NCBI GenBank assembly: GCA_039621445.1
Contig: CP154954.1
Coordinates: 47,347,847 to 47,411,846 of the forward strand
Direction of reading: 5' to 3'
Source of the DNA: Euglena gracilis
Taxonomy: Eukaryota
Length of the DNA stretch: 64,000 nucleotides
Shown: piece after piece, positions 37,046 to 49,884 of the stretch
Position numbering within the stretch: the stretch's first letter is position 1
Layout: each line of letters begins with the position of its first letter
The notes under the pieces: model-generated
Databases searched by the model: none
What the model was told of the DNA's origin: nothing
What the model saw: only the letters and a program-made list of their open reading frames with translations
Position numbers and translations under genes: made by a program

Positions 37046-40000
37046 GTTGGTATGGGGTTGTTCAGGACGCGGGGGGGGGGGGGACTGTGGCCCAAATGCC
37101 CCCGCGTATTCTTTGGTCACAGCCGGCAGAGGTGGAGGTCGACATAAAAACCTCCACCTCTATCTGAACCACCTCTACCTCTACCTCTACCTCTATGTCA
37201 CCTCTATGTCCATAAAATGCCATAAAATGGCACCAAAAGGGCCATAAAGCAATCCATATGCCTCAAATTTGGCAAGTTTTGCACCAAAACATACCCAGTT
37301 ACCATTACCCCCCTAAACGACCCCCCCCTCTAACTGGCCCTCCGTGGTTTGGCCATGGTCCGACCGGAACATGAATAAAAATTTTGTAAACAAAAATGGC
37401 CATAAAACAACTGATTTTTCTTGAAAATATTCCGAAAGGTTTTAACCTGATGGAAAAAAATGGTGTAGATCACAACTTCACCCATTCTCCAGTGATTTGA
37501 TTTGACTCAACTCCAGTCATGACAACCACAATGTGCAAAGCGTCTTGGGCTTGACTTCCTGAACCTTGAAACGTGCAGTTGTGTGTTGTGTTGAACCGTA
37601 CTTGGGGCCTTCACTTGACAGCCATGTGAACCCGGAAAAAACACTCAGAAAGACAACCAGACCGGATTTATGAATAGGAATTTGGAACGGGGTGGGATTT
37701 CCCATTAGACGCACACCTTCAATGAAAATTTTGAAAATTTTGAAATTTTTGAAATTTTCAGGAAAAATAAAAAAGCGTGAAAATTGTCTAGCCTTGCCCT
37801 CCAAAACTGAACTCAATCGTTGACTTTGATGGGTTTCCACCAGTTTTGGGATGATTTGGACAATAATTTTCTTGAGGAGGGGGGGGCGTTGCCACAACAA
37901 CCAGAAGTGATGGATGCCCAGCTCGGGTTTGCCATTAGCTCGGGTTTGCTCGGGGGCCAGTAGTAACAGTGGATGGATTTGCCCGGGCGCAACAATATGT
38001 TGTTGCATCTTGACTCCAAAATGGGGTTATTTCTGTCAACAATGGGAGTTCGCAGTTGCTGTTCACAATCACCGGTTGCCATTTTCTACAGCATCTCCCC
38101 GTCCGGTCCGCTGGATATGCCTTTGACTCGCCGACGATCCAATCTGCGGACCGACCGTCCTTTGGCTCCCGGCCCACTCGTTCCCCACCGCCCTCAGGGG
38201 GCGGACGGACGGACGGACGGCTGCTGAAAAAAGCAAAGGTCCGGACGGACGGCTGACCTTGTGGGCTTGGTCCAGACGGCTGAAGAAAATGCACTTGGTC
38301 CAGCTAGCCGGCTGGCCGGCTGGCCGGCCGGGTCTTTGGAAGCGCAGGCGTCTCAGTGCACGCGACTCTGGGCGGATATATACCAATTTTGCCATGGCCG
38401 GTGTGGATGCGCTTTTTTGGTCCGGCCGGCTGGCAAGACAGACATTGGTCCGGCTTGACGGACGGCTGGCGAAAAAATGCTTTGTCCGGATGGACGGCTG
38501 GGCGTCTAGCATTGGTCCGGCTGAAGAGGTCCGGACGGCTCGGACGGCTAGCCGGCCAGCCGCCCCCTCAGTTCCTGTTGCAACCAGGGGGCTACTTCGT
38601 CCCCGTCGTCAACGCCGCGATCGACCAACCGATTCCAAAAACAACGCCGTGCTGTTCGGTCCACGGGCCATCAAGTGCAGACCCATCCCGCAGCAACAGC
38701 GTTGCATGCATGAGGATCGCAATTGTTGGACCTTTTTGACACGACATCATGATTCACCGGCTCCGTCAATTCCAGAACCGAGTTTGCACCGTCCATGAGG
38801 GGTACGCATCCCAGATGCGAAGCGACATGTTCAAACATTCAGAAACTATTTTGAGCCAAACGCGCAGGGGGGTTGGTACGTGGCGAGAGGGTCCGAATAG
38901 GAGGGGGAGGGCACGGCAACAAGGGCGCTCACAACGTCAGCCCGTTGTCCAACAAGGCCCAATGGATGCAGAACGATGCTGCAAATACAGTATATGTAAA
39001 CCGCTCTCCCAGACCAACACGGACCAACCGACCCACCAGATGCACGTTGCTAGAATAGGTCGTTTGAACCACATTTTGATTGAGAAAATATGAAAGTGAA
39101 TCAATTTTCGGCATTAAACACTATTTTCATTCTATAATATTTCAAAAAGTGAAAATCTAAATAAAAAAAATATAGGAATTTGATCCATATTTTGTTTGGG
39201 ATGATTGTTTGATGTTCTTGTCAATCCCAAGCAAATTCTGGTACAAATTGATTAATGGCACTTCAGTTCGAGTGGCAAATGATGCATGTCAAATGCTTAC
39301 CATCCCCCCTAAATGAATTAGGAGGGGGTGCATTTCGACACAAAGCAAGTGTTTGGTCGACATTTGCAAGCAGAAGAATGTCAACTTGAAGAGTTTTGCT
39401 GATGTTGTTGAATTCCTCCGCACTTGCACAGGAGCCAGGGTGTTCAAGACAAGTGTCAAGTAAAATATAACTATTTTTTTTTGCTAAGGGGGTGTCTGGG
39501 ACGCGGGGGGGACGCAGGGGGGGGGGACGCGGGGGGGGGACGCGGGGGAGACGCCATTTTGGGATGGTGAAATTAGGAATTTGTTGCGAGAAATTTTTGG
39601 CCAAATTAGGATTCTACCACAACAAATTAGGACAAACCCACCCCAAATTAGGAATCACCCACCACAAGTTAGGAATCACCCACACCAAATTAGGAATCAC
39701 CAACCTCAGATTTGCCTGAAATTAGGAATCAGCCTCCTAAATTTGGCTGTCTCGAGAACATAATTCTGGTTCCAAAGTGGGACGCGGGGGGGACGCGGGG
39801 GGGGACGCGGGGGGGACGCGGGGGAGACACCCCCTAAAGTCAAGTTGGATGGTTTGGGTGTCCACTTCCCAATTTTTTCCAAGTGGTGTGTGTGAGACGG
39901 ACAGACAGACAGACAGACAGATAGACAAACAGACAAAGAGACAGATAGACGGACAGACAGACAGACAGTGGTTTTTTGTTGTTGTTGTTTTGAAAAAAAG

Positions 40001-40344
40001 TGAATTCCCCGCCAAAAGCTATCCAGTCCGTTCTACCCTTGAGTATCCTTCTGTTTTGACTCTGTGGAGCACACAGCTGGCCGACGTCTGGCCAACGGCG
40101 TGACGGAAGCCGGGTCGTGTTGTTAAGCTTGCCATGCCCTTCCCCCATTATGTACCTCCCCCTGGGAGGTCTAACTTGGGAGGGAGGTACATAATGGGGG
40201 GAGGTACACAATGAGGGGGGGGTCCTGTAACGTGACCAGGTTTTGAATAGTGCTGAGCTCTTAATAAGCGCGCATGCACCCCTTCATTGACCCCTCCATA
40301 CATACCGGCCCACTCCATGGAGCTCTTTTGCCTGAAATCCATGG

Positions 40345-41793
40345 GTTTTGTGCCAGAAACAGGGCGCCGGTGGGTCGAAAAACGCTCATTTTCGGCTCGA
40401 AAACAGTTTTTCTGGGTCCGAGAGGCCCAAAAACATTGTTTTGGTCAAAAAAAATTCGATTTTTTCGCCTTTTTCGACCCGGTTTTGACCCAAAGTCAAT
40501 GGGTCGGCGGCCCAAAACGGGGCGCTGGCAGGTCGAAAAACGCTCGTTTTCGGCTCAAAACAGTTTTTCTGGGTCCGGGAGGCCAAAAAACATCGTTTCG
40601 GGCAAAAAAAAAATTTCGATTTTTTTCGACTTTTTCGACCCGGTTTTGACCCAAAGTTAATGGGTCGGCGGCCCAAAACGGGGCGCTGGCGGGTCGAAAA
40701 ACGCTCGTTTTCGGCTCAAAACAGTTTTTCTGGGTCTGGGAGGCCAAAAAACATCGTTTCGGGCAAAAAAAAAATTTCGATTTTTTTCGACTTTTTCGAC
40801 CCGGTTTTGACCCAAAGTTAATGGGTCGGCGGCCCAAAACGGGGCGCTGGCGGGTCGAAAAACGCTCGTTTTCGGCTCAAAACAGTTTTTCTGGGTCCGG
40901 GAGGCCAAAAAACATCGTTTCGGGCAAAAAAAATTTTTCGACTTTTTTCGACTTTTTTGACCCGGTTTTGACCCAAAGTCAATGGGTCGGCGGCCCAAAA
41001 CGGGGCGCTGGTGGGTCGAAAAACGCTCGTTTTCGGCTCAAAACAGTTTTTCTGGGTCCGGGAGGCCAAAAAACATCGTTTCGGGCAAAAAAAAAATTTC
41101 GATTTTTTTCGACTTTTTCGACCCGGTTTTGACCCAAAGTTAATGGGTCGGCGGCCCAAAACGGGGCGCTGGCGGGTCGAAAAACGCTCGTTTTCGGCTC
41201 AAAACAGTTTTTCTGGGTCCGGGAGGCCCAAAAAACATCGTTTCGGGCAAAAAAAAATTTTCGATTTTTTTCGACTTTTTTCGACCCGGTTTTGACCCGG
41301 TTTTGACCCAAAGTCAATGGGTCGGCGGCCCAAAACGGGGCGCTGGCGGGTCGAAAAACGCTCGTTTTCGGCTCAAAACAGTTTTTCTGGGTCCGGGAGG
41401 CCCAAAAAACATCGTTTCGGGCAAAAAAAAATTTTCGATTTTTTTCGACTTTTTTCGACCCGGTTTTGACCCGGTTTTGACCCAAAGTTAATGGGTCGGC
41501 GGCCCAAAACGGGGCGCAGGCGGGTCGAAAACGCTCGTTTTCGGCACAAAAACAGTTTTTCCGGGTTTGGGAGGCCAAAAAACATCGTTTCGGGCAAAAA
41601 AAATTTTTTTGATTTTTTTCGACTTTTTCGACCCGGTTTTGACCCAAAGTCAATGGGTCGGCGGTCCAAAACGGGGCGCTGGTGGGTCGAAAAACGCTCG
41701 TTTTCGGCTCAAAAACAGGTTTTCCGGGTCCGGGAGGCCAAAAAACATCGTTTCGGGCAAAAAAATTTTTTTTGATGTTTTTTCGACTTTTTT
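40345..41793. repeat. 161-bp tandem satellite, about 8-9 copies (some variants of about 172 bp)
   Basis: Repeating ORFs at exact 161-bp offsets (40676, 40837, 40998, 41159). Confidence 0.95.
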
Positions 41794-44700
41794 GGCCGAA
41801 AACGGCCAAGTCGAACAGTGGAAAAAGTGTACAAAATGGCCAAAAATGGCCCAAATTGGCCGAAAAACGCCCGTATCTCGGGCTACGCGGGGAGTTGTGG
41901 GGAAACCATAATCCCAGTACATAGAGCGTCCCAGGGGCTTCAATTTAGGTCTCTGGACATTTCCTTTGATTTTGCATCATTTTCGAGAAATTTTGAAAAC
42001 ATCGACTTTTTGACCCCCCACCCCCCGAAAACGGCTAAGTCGAACAGTGGGAAAAGTGTACAAAACGGCCATCTGGGCCAAAAACGGCCGTATCTCAGGC
42101 TAGGCGGGGAGTTGAGGGGAAATCAAAATACCAGTAGATGGGGCGTTCCAAGGGCTTCAAATTAGGTCTCCGGACATTTCCTTTGATTTGGCTTCATTTT
42201 GGAGATATTTTGAAAATTGACATTTTTTGGCCGAAATGGCAGGGTCCAAAGGGGGGGGGGCTTATCCAGGGGGGCGGGTAAATCCTACACAGGGGGGTCG
42301 AGGGGGGGGTTTCGCCGGTGGTAAGCTTCGCTCTTACCCATAAAGGGATAAGAGCTCAGCGACCCCCCCCCTATTTGTCCCCCCCCCCCTAATTGGCCAG
42401 AGCCCAGGTGGCCAATTAGGGGGGGGGTTACTCATTTCAAGGGAAAATGCCTTTGTTCAGGTGTTTTTCGGGGGTTCGCGACTATGAAGGACGGGGCCCA
42501 GGTGGCCAATTAGGGGGGGGGGGGTTAGGGTAACCCCCCCCTAATTGCCCCCCCCCCTAATTGGCCAGAAGGAGGGTCCGGGCCGCCCGGAGGGCGGCCA
42601 AATAGGGGGGGGGGGGTGTTGGTAACCTCTACAACCTCTGAACGCCCTTTTCCACCCTTCGCCGCTTGAAGACTTACCTTCGGCCCACAGGGTATTATTC
42701 TAAGGCATTTTGGATTCCAGAAAATCTTTTTTTGACAAATGACGTGACCCCCCCTATTTGTCACCCCCCCCTAATGGTCGCCCCCCCTTTGGGGGCGACA
42801 ATTAGGGGGGGGGGGTTACTCGTGGACCCATGGACATGTAGGGTAAATTGAGTAACCCCCCCCCTAATTGTCACCCCCCCCCTAATAGTCGCCAGGGGGT
42901 CAAAACGCTCCCAGGGGGGTGCCATAGAGGGGGGGGTCACGTTGTCTCCATCACATTCACAAAACAATTTCATATATACGTGGACTGAGGCCCAAAACAC
43001 ACACTGTGTTTTGTGGACCGAGTCCACGAAACACAGTGTGTGTCCAGTCCACGAAAACACACCCTGTGTTTCTGGGACTGGCAGTCCACTAAACACAGGG
43101 GGGGGGTCGGCACGCCGTGGCGAGCCGTCCGGCTCGCTTCTTTTTAAGACCCCCGGGGGGGAGGGGGGGGGGCACCCACCCAGGGGCGCGGGACCCCCCC
43201 AAAATCGGGCTCGTTAAAGGCAATTTTCAAAAACTTTCGGCGCTTCGCGCCGAAAAGGTATACCCAGCGCCTCCGGCGCGGGACCCCCCCCCCCCCCGGG
43301 CGTCCGGCCCGGACCCACCCACCCCCCCCCCCTCCCCCGGGGGGGGGGGTCAGGTGACTTAAAAAGAAGCCTGCTAGGGGGGGGGGTTTGGCGTGGCGAG
43401 GGGGCCCGGATGGGGGGGGAGGGGTGCGCGGGGGTTTTCCAAGAAAATTTCCTTTGGCGCGGCTGACATGGCGTGGCGAGGGGGTCTGAAAAGGGGGGGG
43501 AGGGGGGGTAAAATGGCGTGGCGAGGGGGTCGGTGAGGGGGGGGGGGGGGGGGGGGTGTGCCGACCCCCAGGGTGTGTTTTTTGTGGACTGGACACACAC
43601 ACACACACGGATGTGAACACCCGTGCGAGAGAGTTGAAATAGCCCCGGAAGGCAGGTTTGCCTCGAAACTGAACGTCGTGCCACACTGTGCCCGGCGCTG
43701 TTGCTCAGCTTGTCTGACAAGGGCAACCTCATCAAACAAATAAACGGGGTAATTGACCCAACCAGCCCACGCTGAAGAAACAACCATCCAGGTCCTCATA
43801 CTGAGCGTTTAGATGGGTACACACCTAATGGAAATCCAACAGGCGTGCAACAGCTGTACGCTCAGCCTTTGCGGTTCCTGTTGGTTTTGCTTCCAACGCG
43901 GTGGCCAACAGCGGGCATGTTGTTGTTTGGTGGGAAAATCACCGCACATGGCAGGGCGAGGGCATTCCTCCTGGGAGCTGCCCCAGGAGGAACATAATGA
44001 GGGGGGTACATAAGGGGGGGGGTTGGTACGCCGTGGCGAGGGGGTCCGAATAGGGGGGGGGTAAATGGCGTGGCGAGGGGCACTGGTGTAGAAGTAAATT
44101 TTTCTCGGGGGGGGGGGGGGCGAGATTCCAGGTTGACAACAAGCAACAATCGCGGGAGGTTGGCATTCCACAATCACTGGCCGAGTGCGAAAGTGGACGT
44201 GCGGTAAGTGTTTTTCAGAATGAACTCATTCAACAAAGCGTCAAGGTCAAGAGCAAATAGTTCCTCTTTATAGACATTACAGAGTGCAAGGTGATTGTGT
44301 TCAGCATGAAAAACCTTGTCGTCAATTTTCTTTTGCAGAATTTGAGACACCGGGGATGGGAGGGGTCAGGGGGTGAAGGCTCACGCGGCGTCACATATGC
44401 GTCCCGCCAATGATCAAGTGAAAATTGGTTAACAATCTGAACAACCAAAAATTTTGGGGGGTTCAAACATGCCATGACGGGGGTGGGGGGAACCATTGAA
44501 AAACCAAATAGTTGTGATTTCCCATGCTGAATGAGGCGTGCTTGGCCAATTTGGGAACGCAGGTAAGTTTTCAGGCGGCGCAGGGTTGAGAAGGAACGTT
44601 CAGCGGTGGCAGATGAAACTGGAATGGTTAGACACAACCGCACCAGTGCAACTATCAGTGGTAGTATGGCACGGATGGCCGGCATTAGGGTAATTTGTGT

Positions 44701-46461
44701 CATCACGAATCTCTCTCAAGGCACCTCTCTCTTAGATACTAAATGAAAGATCGAAAGCCCGGAAAAGTCCACGGACATACGGAAAATGGTATTTTTTTCC
44801 AAAACTCACCAACCCATAAAACCGGCATGAGGGAATCAAAACGGAGGATGTTGACAGCAATATAGCAATCCCTGCTCCCTGGAGCCTCTCGAAGGAAAGT
44901 AACCACATCCGCAAAAGTCAGCAGCTTCTGGTCTTTCTCCTTGCTGATGTGTTGCATGTGGACCGACGCTTCAAGTTGCCCCTCACTCGGCATGTTTACG
45001 TTTTACACATCAGGGAACATATTAATGGCAGGCAATTTAATGGTTATTAGTTTGTTTGTTTGTTTTTGCGATTTGCAGCCGGGGGGTGAAAAATTATCAA
45101 AACCAAATGGCCAACTTCGGGGGAAGGTTACGGAACTTGATTTTCAAAGTCAGAGTTGTTGCAATGCATGAAAGCAGAGGTCCAATTGCATCATCTGCTG
45201 CTCAAACTCCAAGGAGCTTGGCTGGTCCAAATCATCCCCATAAAAAGCCAACAACCTTTGGAACTTCTCTTTGTCCCCAGAAATCAAGAAACCTTCAATG
45301 TCCAACACGTGATTTGTCTGCAAGCCGTTTTTTCTTTGGAGTGGTATGAACCTAAAACTTTGGGCGGGGGAGGAAACGTTTGTTTTAGAAAAAAAACAGC
45401 TTGCGGGATTTACCGTCCAGTTTGAAATTCCCCTTGTCCCCTTGTCCAGTCCAGTTCAGCGTCCCAATCCCCCCCCCCCGTGCCTTCCTAACCAAAAATC
45501 CGGAATTCGGGAATTTTTTTTAAAAAAACAGCTTGATCACAACATCAGAGTCCAAGAAACGTTCGGACAAATTCTTCAAAATTGCCTCAATATATGAGAC
45601 GTACTTCCCAAAAAAATGTTCCTTCACAGAAACCACCGCACCTGAGTTTTCCTTGTGCGTGGGATGGCAGGGTCGTCAACACCACTTCTGCATGCCGCGG
45701 CTTCTGCAGCCTCCCAAAATGGTTCAAAACGGTTGATATCCTTTAGTGCTTGCAAAGACACCTTCACAGCCAAAATGATCTCCCTTGCAGCCAAAGCCGG
45801 CAGTCAAAAAAAAAACAAAAAAAACAAAAAAACGGTTTTTTTTGTTGTTTTTTTGTGTTTTTTTTTTAAAAAAACGCCAGCGGGGGTATGGTGGAAAAAA
45901 TTTTCATTTTTTTTTTTGGGCAGTTCCCAACATGATCTTGGAATTGTTGCATTTTTTTCTGTCACTTTTATAGCTATTTTCTCATGTCTGGTCAATACAA
46001 AACCGAGGAAAGGGGGGGTTGCATGTGTGTGGTGTTTTTTTTGAGTTTTTCCGTTGCCGGCGACTTTTTTTTTTGGCGCTTGATTTGGCCGGTTTTTTTT
46101 TAAAAAAAAACCGTTTTTTTTTGCCGTTTTTTTCTTCAAAAAAAACACGTTTTTTGTTTTTTTTAAAAAAACAAAAAAACGCTAGCTCTGCTTGCAGCTG
46201 AAAAATGCAGTTGCACCCCTTGCAATGCAGTGCTGGCACGGTCCACAGTTTGCAAGATCAGCCTGTAGCAGGATTTCTGTGATGTGAAACACCTGACCTC
46301 AACACCAAAATTCATCATCGGGAGGCAAAAAAAAATCCTGATTTCAACAGCTCAACAGAAAAGAAGGTGTCAAATTGCAAGAGGCGAGTGACAAAGCCTC
46401 GAGCAGTGAATACAACTTCCCCAGAATCACCCTCGTCAACTTCGTTGAAAAATTCTATATA

Positions 46462-46562
46462 TAAATCAACAGACACTAACGATTTCAGCAGGGGCGCCGG
46501 GCCGTGCGAGCGAAGCGAGCGGCCCGGCGCCCCTGCTGAAATCGTCAGTGTCTGTTGATTTA
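46462..46562. repeat. hairpin element of about 100 bp with a GCGAGCGAAGCGAGC loop
   Basis: Near-perfect inverted arms TAAATCAACAGACACT(A/G)ACGATTTCAGCAGGGGCGCCGGGCCG. Confidence 0.85.
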
Positions 46563-46971
46563 CTAAAACCTATTTCGTCTGGGCCCGCACGCCTGTCTTG
46601 AAAATTCATTCGACCGATGCACCTGCCTTGAGTTTTGGCCGGTTTTGTCATTTTTTTCAAGAAAATGTTCGCCGTCTTGGAAATCGTTTTACACTAACAC
46701 ATCCCTGTCTTGGAAATCGTTTTACACTAACGGATCCCTGCCTTGGAAATCGTTTTACACTAACGGATCCCTGTCTTGGAAATCGTTTTACACTAACGGT
46801 CGCCTGTCTTGGAAATCGTTTTACACTTACAAACGCCTGTCTTGGAAATCGTTTTACACTAACAAACGCCTGTCTTGGAAATCGTTTTACACTAACGGAT
46901 CCCTGTGTTGGAAATCGTTTGCTCTTTGATGATGGTGATATGTTCTTCTTGTCCTCAGTTTTTGCTCTTAA

Positions 46972-48331
46972 GGCTGTGTTTATAGCAACATGGCTTTGGT
47001 CAAAGTCTGTGTTTCTAAACACAGACTTTGGCGTGCCGAAGTCTGTGTTTAGAAACACAGACTTTGACCTAAGTCTGTGTTTCTAAACACGGACTCCGAC
47101 CAAGAAAATTGTGTTCACAATATTTGGACCCGAAGCATCCCGATGCAGAAATAAGGAGCACTTTGGGGGGGGGTCAATTTTTGGGCTTTGGCGCCTTCGG
47201 CGCCAAGAGAAAATAGCCACTTTGAGGGGGGGGGGGACAAATTTGCCAAAACGGCCATTGTGAGGGAGGGGACACTTTGGGGGGGGGGGGCAAACTTTGG
47301 GCTTTGGCGCCTTCGGCGCCCAGAAAAAATGGCCACTTTGAGGGGGGGGAACAAATTTGCCAAAACGGCCATTGTAGGGAGGGGACACTTTGGGTCAATT
47401 TTTGGGCTTCGGCGCCAAGGGGGGGGGGAACAAATTTGCCAAAGCGGCCATTTTGAGGGAGGGGACACTTTGGGGGGGGGTCAATTTTTGGGCTTTGGCA
47501 CCTTCGGCGCCCAGAAAAAAAATGGCCACTTTGAGGAGGGGGGGAACAAATTTGCCAAAACGGCCATTGTAGGGAGGGGACACGTTGGGGGGGGGGTCAA
47601 TTTTTGGGCTTTGGCGCCTTCGGCGCCAAGAGAAATTGGCCACTTTGAGGGGGGGGGGACAAATTTGCCAAAAAATTGGCCACTCTGGGGGCACTTTGAG
47701 GGGTGAGGGTTTTTTTTGTCCCAAGTGGCCCAGAGGGAAGTTCCCCAAAAATATCACCACACAAGGTTAGGTTAGGTGACATCTGGTGCTCATCAACTTA
47801 AGCCTACCAAAGAACTCTTGGATCGTTGGGTGCAGCGCCCACCGCATTCTTATCAACGTTGCAAAGTGAAACAGCAAAATGGGGTATTGAAAGAAAAAGG
47901 AGTCGATGCAAATCTTGTGCTTTTTTTTTTTTTTTTTTTTTGGCACGGCTCGGCACGGCTCGGCACGGCTCGGCACGGCTCGGCACGGCTCGGCACGGCT
48001 CGGCACGGCTCGGCACGGCTCGGCACGGCTCGGCACGGCTCGGCTTGTGTCACCTTGTGTCTTGTGTCACCTTTCACGTGTTCCCCATGTTTAACGGTAA
48101 TGTTACCACTGTTTCGAAAGGATTCTAGTTCGGAAGACCACAGGCGGCGGCAAAAAAACTGCCCGGCGGCCACATATTCTTATTCCGGGGTTTCCGGCCG
48201 TCCGGGATCTGTGCAGCGGATCCTAATTCAGCTTCGCTTTGTCCAAAAAATATGTCGTCAGTCTGCCGTCCTTCGTCGAGGTTCTGAAACACAGACTTTG
48301 ACCAAAGCCATGTTGCTTTATAAACACAGCC
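46972..48331. mobile_element. nested TIR element (GGCTGTGTTTATA termini, TTAA context; PIF/Harbinger- or piggyBac-like)
   Basis: Imperfect TIR of about 45 bp. Contains repeats of about 113 bp (47160-47700) and a (GGCACGGCTC)x10 array (47942-48044). Confidence 0.75.
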
Positions 48332-48337
48332 TTAAAT

Positions 48338-48421
48338 AACTGCGTCTTAAACGCAGACTCTGACCTGAGTCTGCGTTTCGAAACGCAGACTCAGGTCAGA
48401 GTCTGCGTTTAAGACGCAGTT
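48338..48421. repeat. 84-bp perfect palindrome with nested internal hairpins
   Basis: Symmetric about TTC|GAA. Each arm contains AAACGCAGACTC-n6-GAGTCTGCGTTT. Confidence 0.95.
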
Positions 48422-49597
48422 CTTGATATAAATGGCTAAACGGGCGAACCTTGTGGCGTTGGCCGGACTGAAACCTCCGCCCTCCCCCCCTGAGGAATTT
48501 GTTGCTGCGATCCGCAAAATTTCTGAGGGCGGTAAGCAGGAGCTAATGCTCCATTGCCTTGTGGCAACCGTCACACGCCCAGCCGAAACGGGGTGGGTGG
48601 CGCAAATTCACACACTTCCAATGCCACCACACACTGCACACCTCACAACGCACACCACGGAAATCAGTGGGAAATAGTGGGAAGTTCTGTGTGGCCCGCT
48701 GTTGTTTGCAACTTTCCACGTCAGCCTCATCGTCAAACAAATACACCGGAAAAATGGTGCGACGAGCCCAACCTCGCAAATATTCATCCAACGAGTCATA
48801 CTTTAACCCGTTATCCGCCCAAAAATCGACAAAAGTCAGAAAATGTAGGATGCCGGATCGTTAGACGCCTTGCGCTCCGGAAAGTCTCTTGGTTTCTTTC
48901 TTAGCAAACAAGGGGCCGTTCACCGGGTCATCCCATTCGTTGTTCCCACGTTTTCAGCTGCCTGTGCAGCTCGCACAATATGTGCAGCAGTTGGCCGCCT
49001 TGTGTCCCCGTTGCGGGGTCCCCCCTTTCGTTTCCACGTCCACCGCACCGCATCAACATCAACAGCACCACCGCCTCAGTTGTGTTTTGTTAACTCCTCA
49101 CATCTTGCTTTTTAGGACCTTTTTTGTCTGCCTTGGAAATCGTTTTACACTAACGATCGTCTGTCTTGGAAATCGTTTTGCACTAACAAACGCCTGTCTT
49201 GGAAATCGTTTTACACTAACAAACGCCTGTCTTGGAAATCGTTTTCCACTAACGGTCGCCTGTCTTGGAAATCGTTTTACACTAACAAACGCCTGTCTTG
49301 GAAATCGTTTTACACTAACGGATTCAGCCTGAAATTTGCTACTGTCTGTAGAAATTCAAGACAGGCGTCGGGCCCAGGAAATAGGTTTTAAGAAGTGCAC
49401 GATAATTTCCACAGATGCTGGCAACGGACGTGGCCCTCATACTCCAACGTGTTGCACACAATGAAGGAATGTTGGAAGTCCCCCCCCCTCTTCTTCATGT
49501 TCCGCAGCAATGTCTCGAAACCATTGCATACGCTTCGGAGAATCACGCAAAAAAGATACCATGTTGGTCACAAGTGCCAGACCAGGAACCTTTTTTT

Positions 49598-49884
49598 CCT
49601 CAGGGGTGGGTTGTGGGCAGACCCTAGGGTCTGCCCACGGTCGCCAAAGGTCGCCAAAGGTCGCTATGGGTATTTCCTACTCAGTCTTTTTTGCATTGTA
49701 GCGGCGTAGGCAACTGTTCCAGGGCCCTAAAAAAAAAAATCCCTTGTGTGTGCAACACCTTTTGTGTGTATGTTGCGCTAATTTGCCGTGGAGCGCATTT
49801 TTTGACATCGACCTGCCCACGACCTTTGGCGACCATGGCGACCTTTGGCGACCCTAGGGTCTGCCCACAACCCCCCCCCCCAGG
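49598..49884. mobile_element. MITE inserted in the hAT transposase
   Basis: GGGTTGTGGGCAGACCCTAGGGTC / GACCCTAGGGTCTGCCCACAACCC inverted ends. Confidence 0.75.

Larger units (their letters stand above)
46564..49390. mobile_element. TIR element with 33-bp subterminal tandem arrays, inserted in the hAT transposase
   Basis: TAAAACCTATTTC...GGGCCCG / CGGGCCCAGGAAATAGGTTTTA termini. TGTCTTGGAAATCGTTTTACACTAAC+7nt arrays at 46672-46921 and 49128-49320. Confidence 0.8.

Noticed and set aside
40261-41943. series of 96-291-aa ORFs
   Set aside because: They are translations of the 161-bp satellite.
46672-49320. 33-bp repeats with a constant 26-mer and a variable 7-mer, superficially CRISPR-like
   Set aside because: The variable parts are only 7 nt and recur, there are no cas genes, and the arrays are subterminal repeats of a TIR element in a eukaryote.
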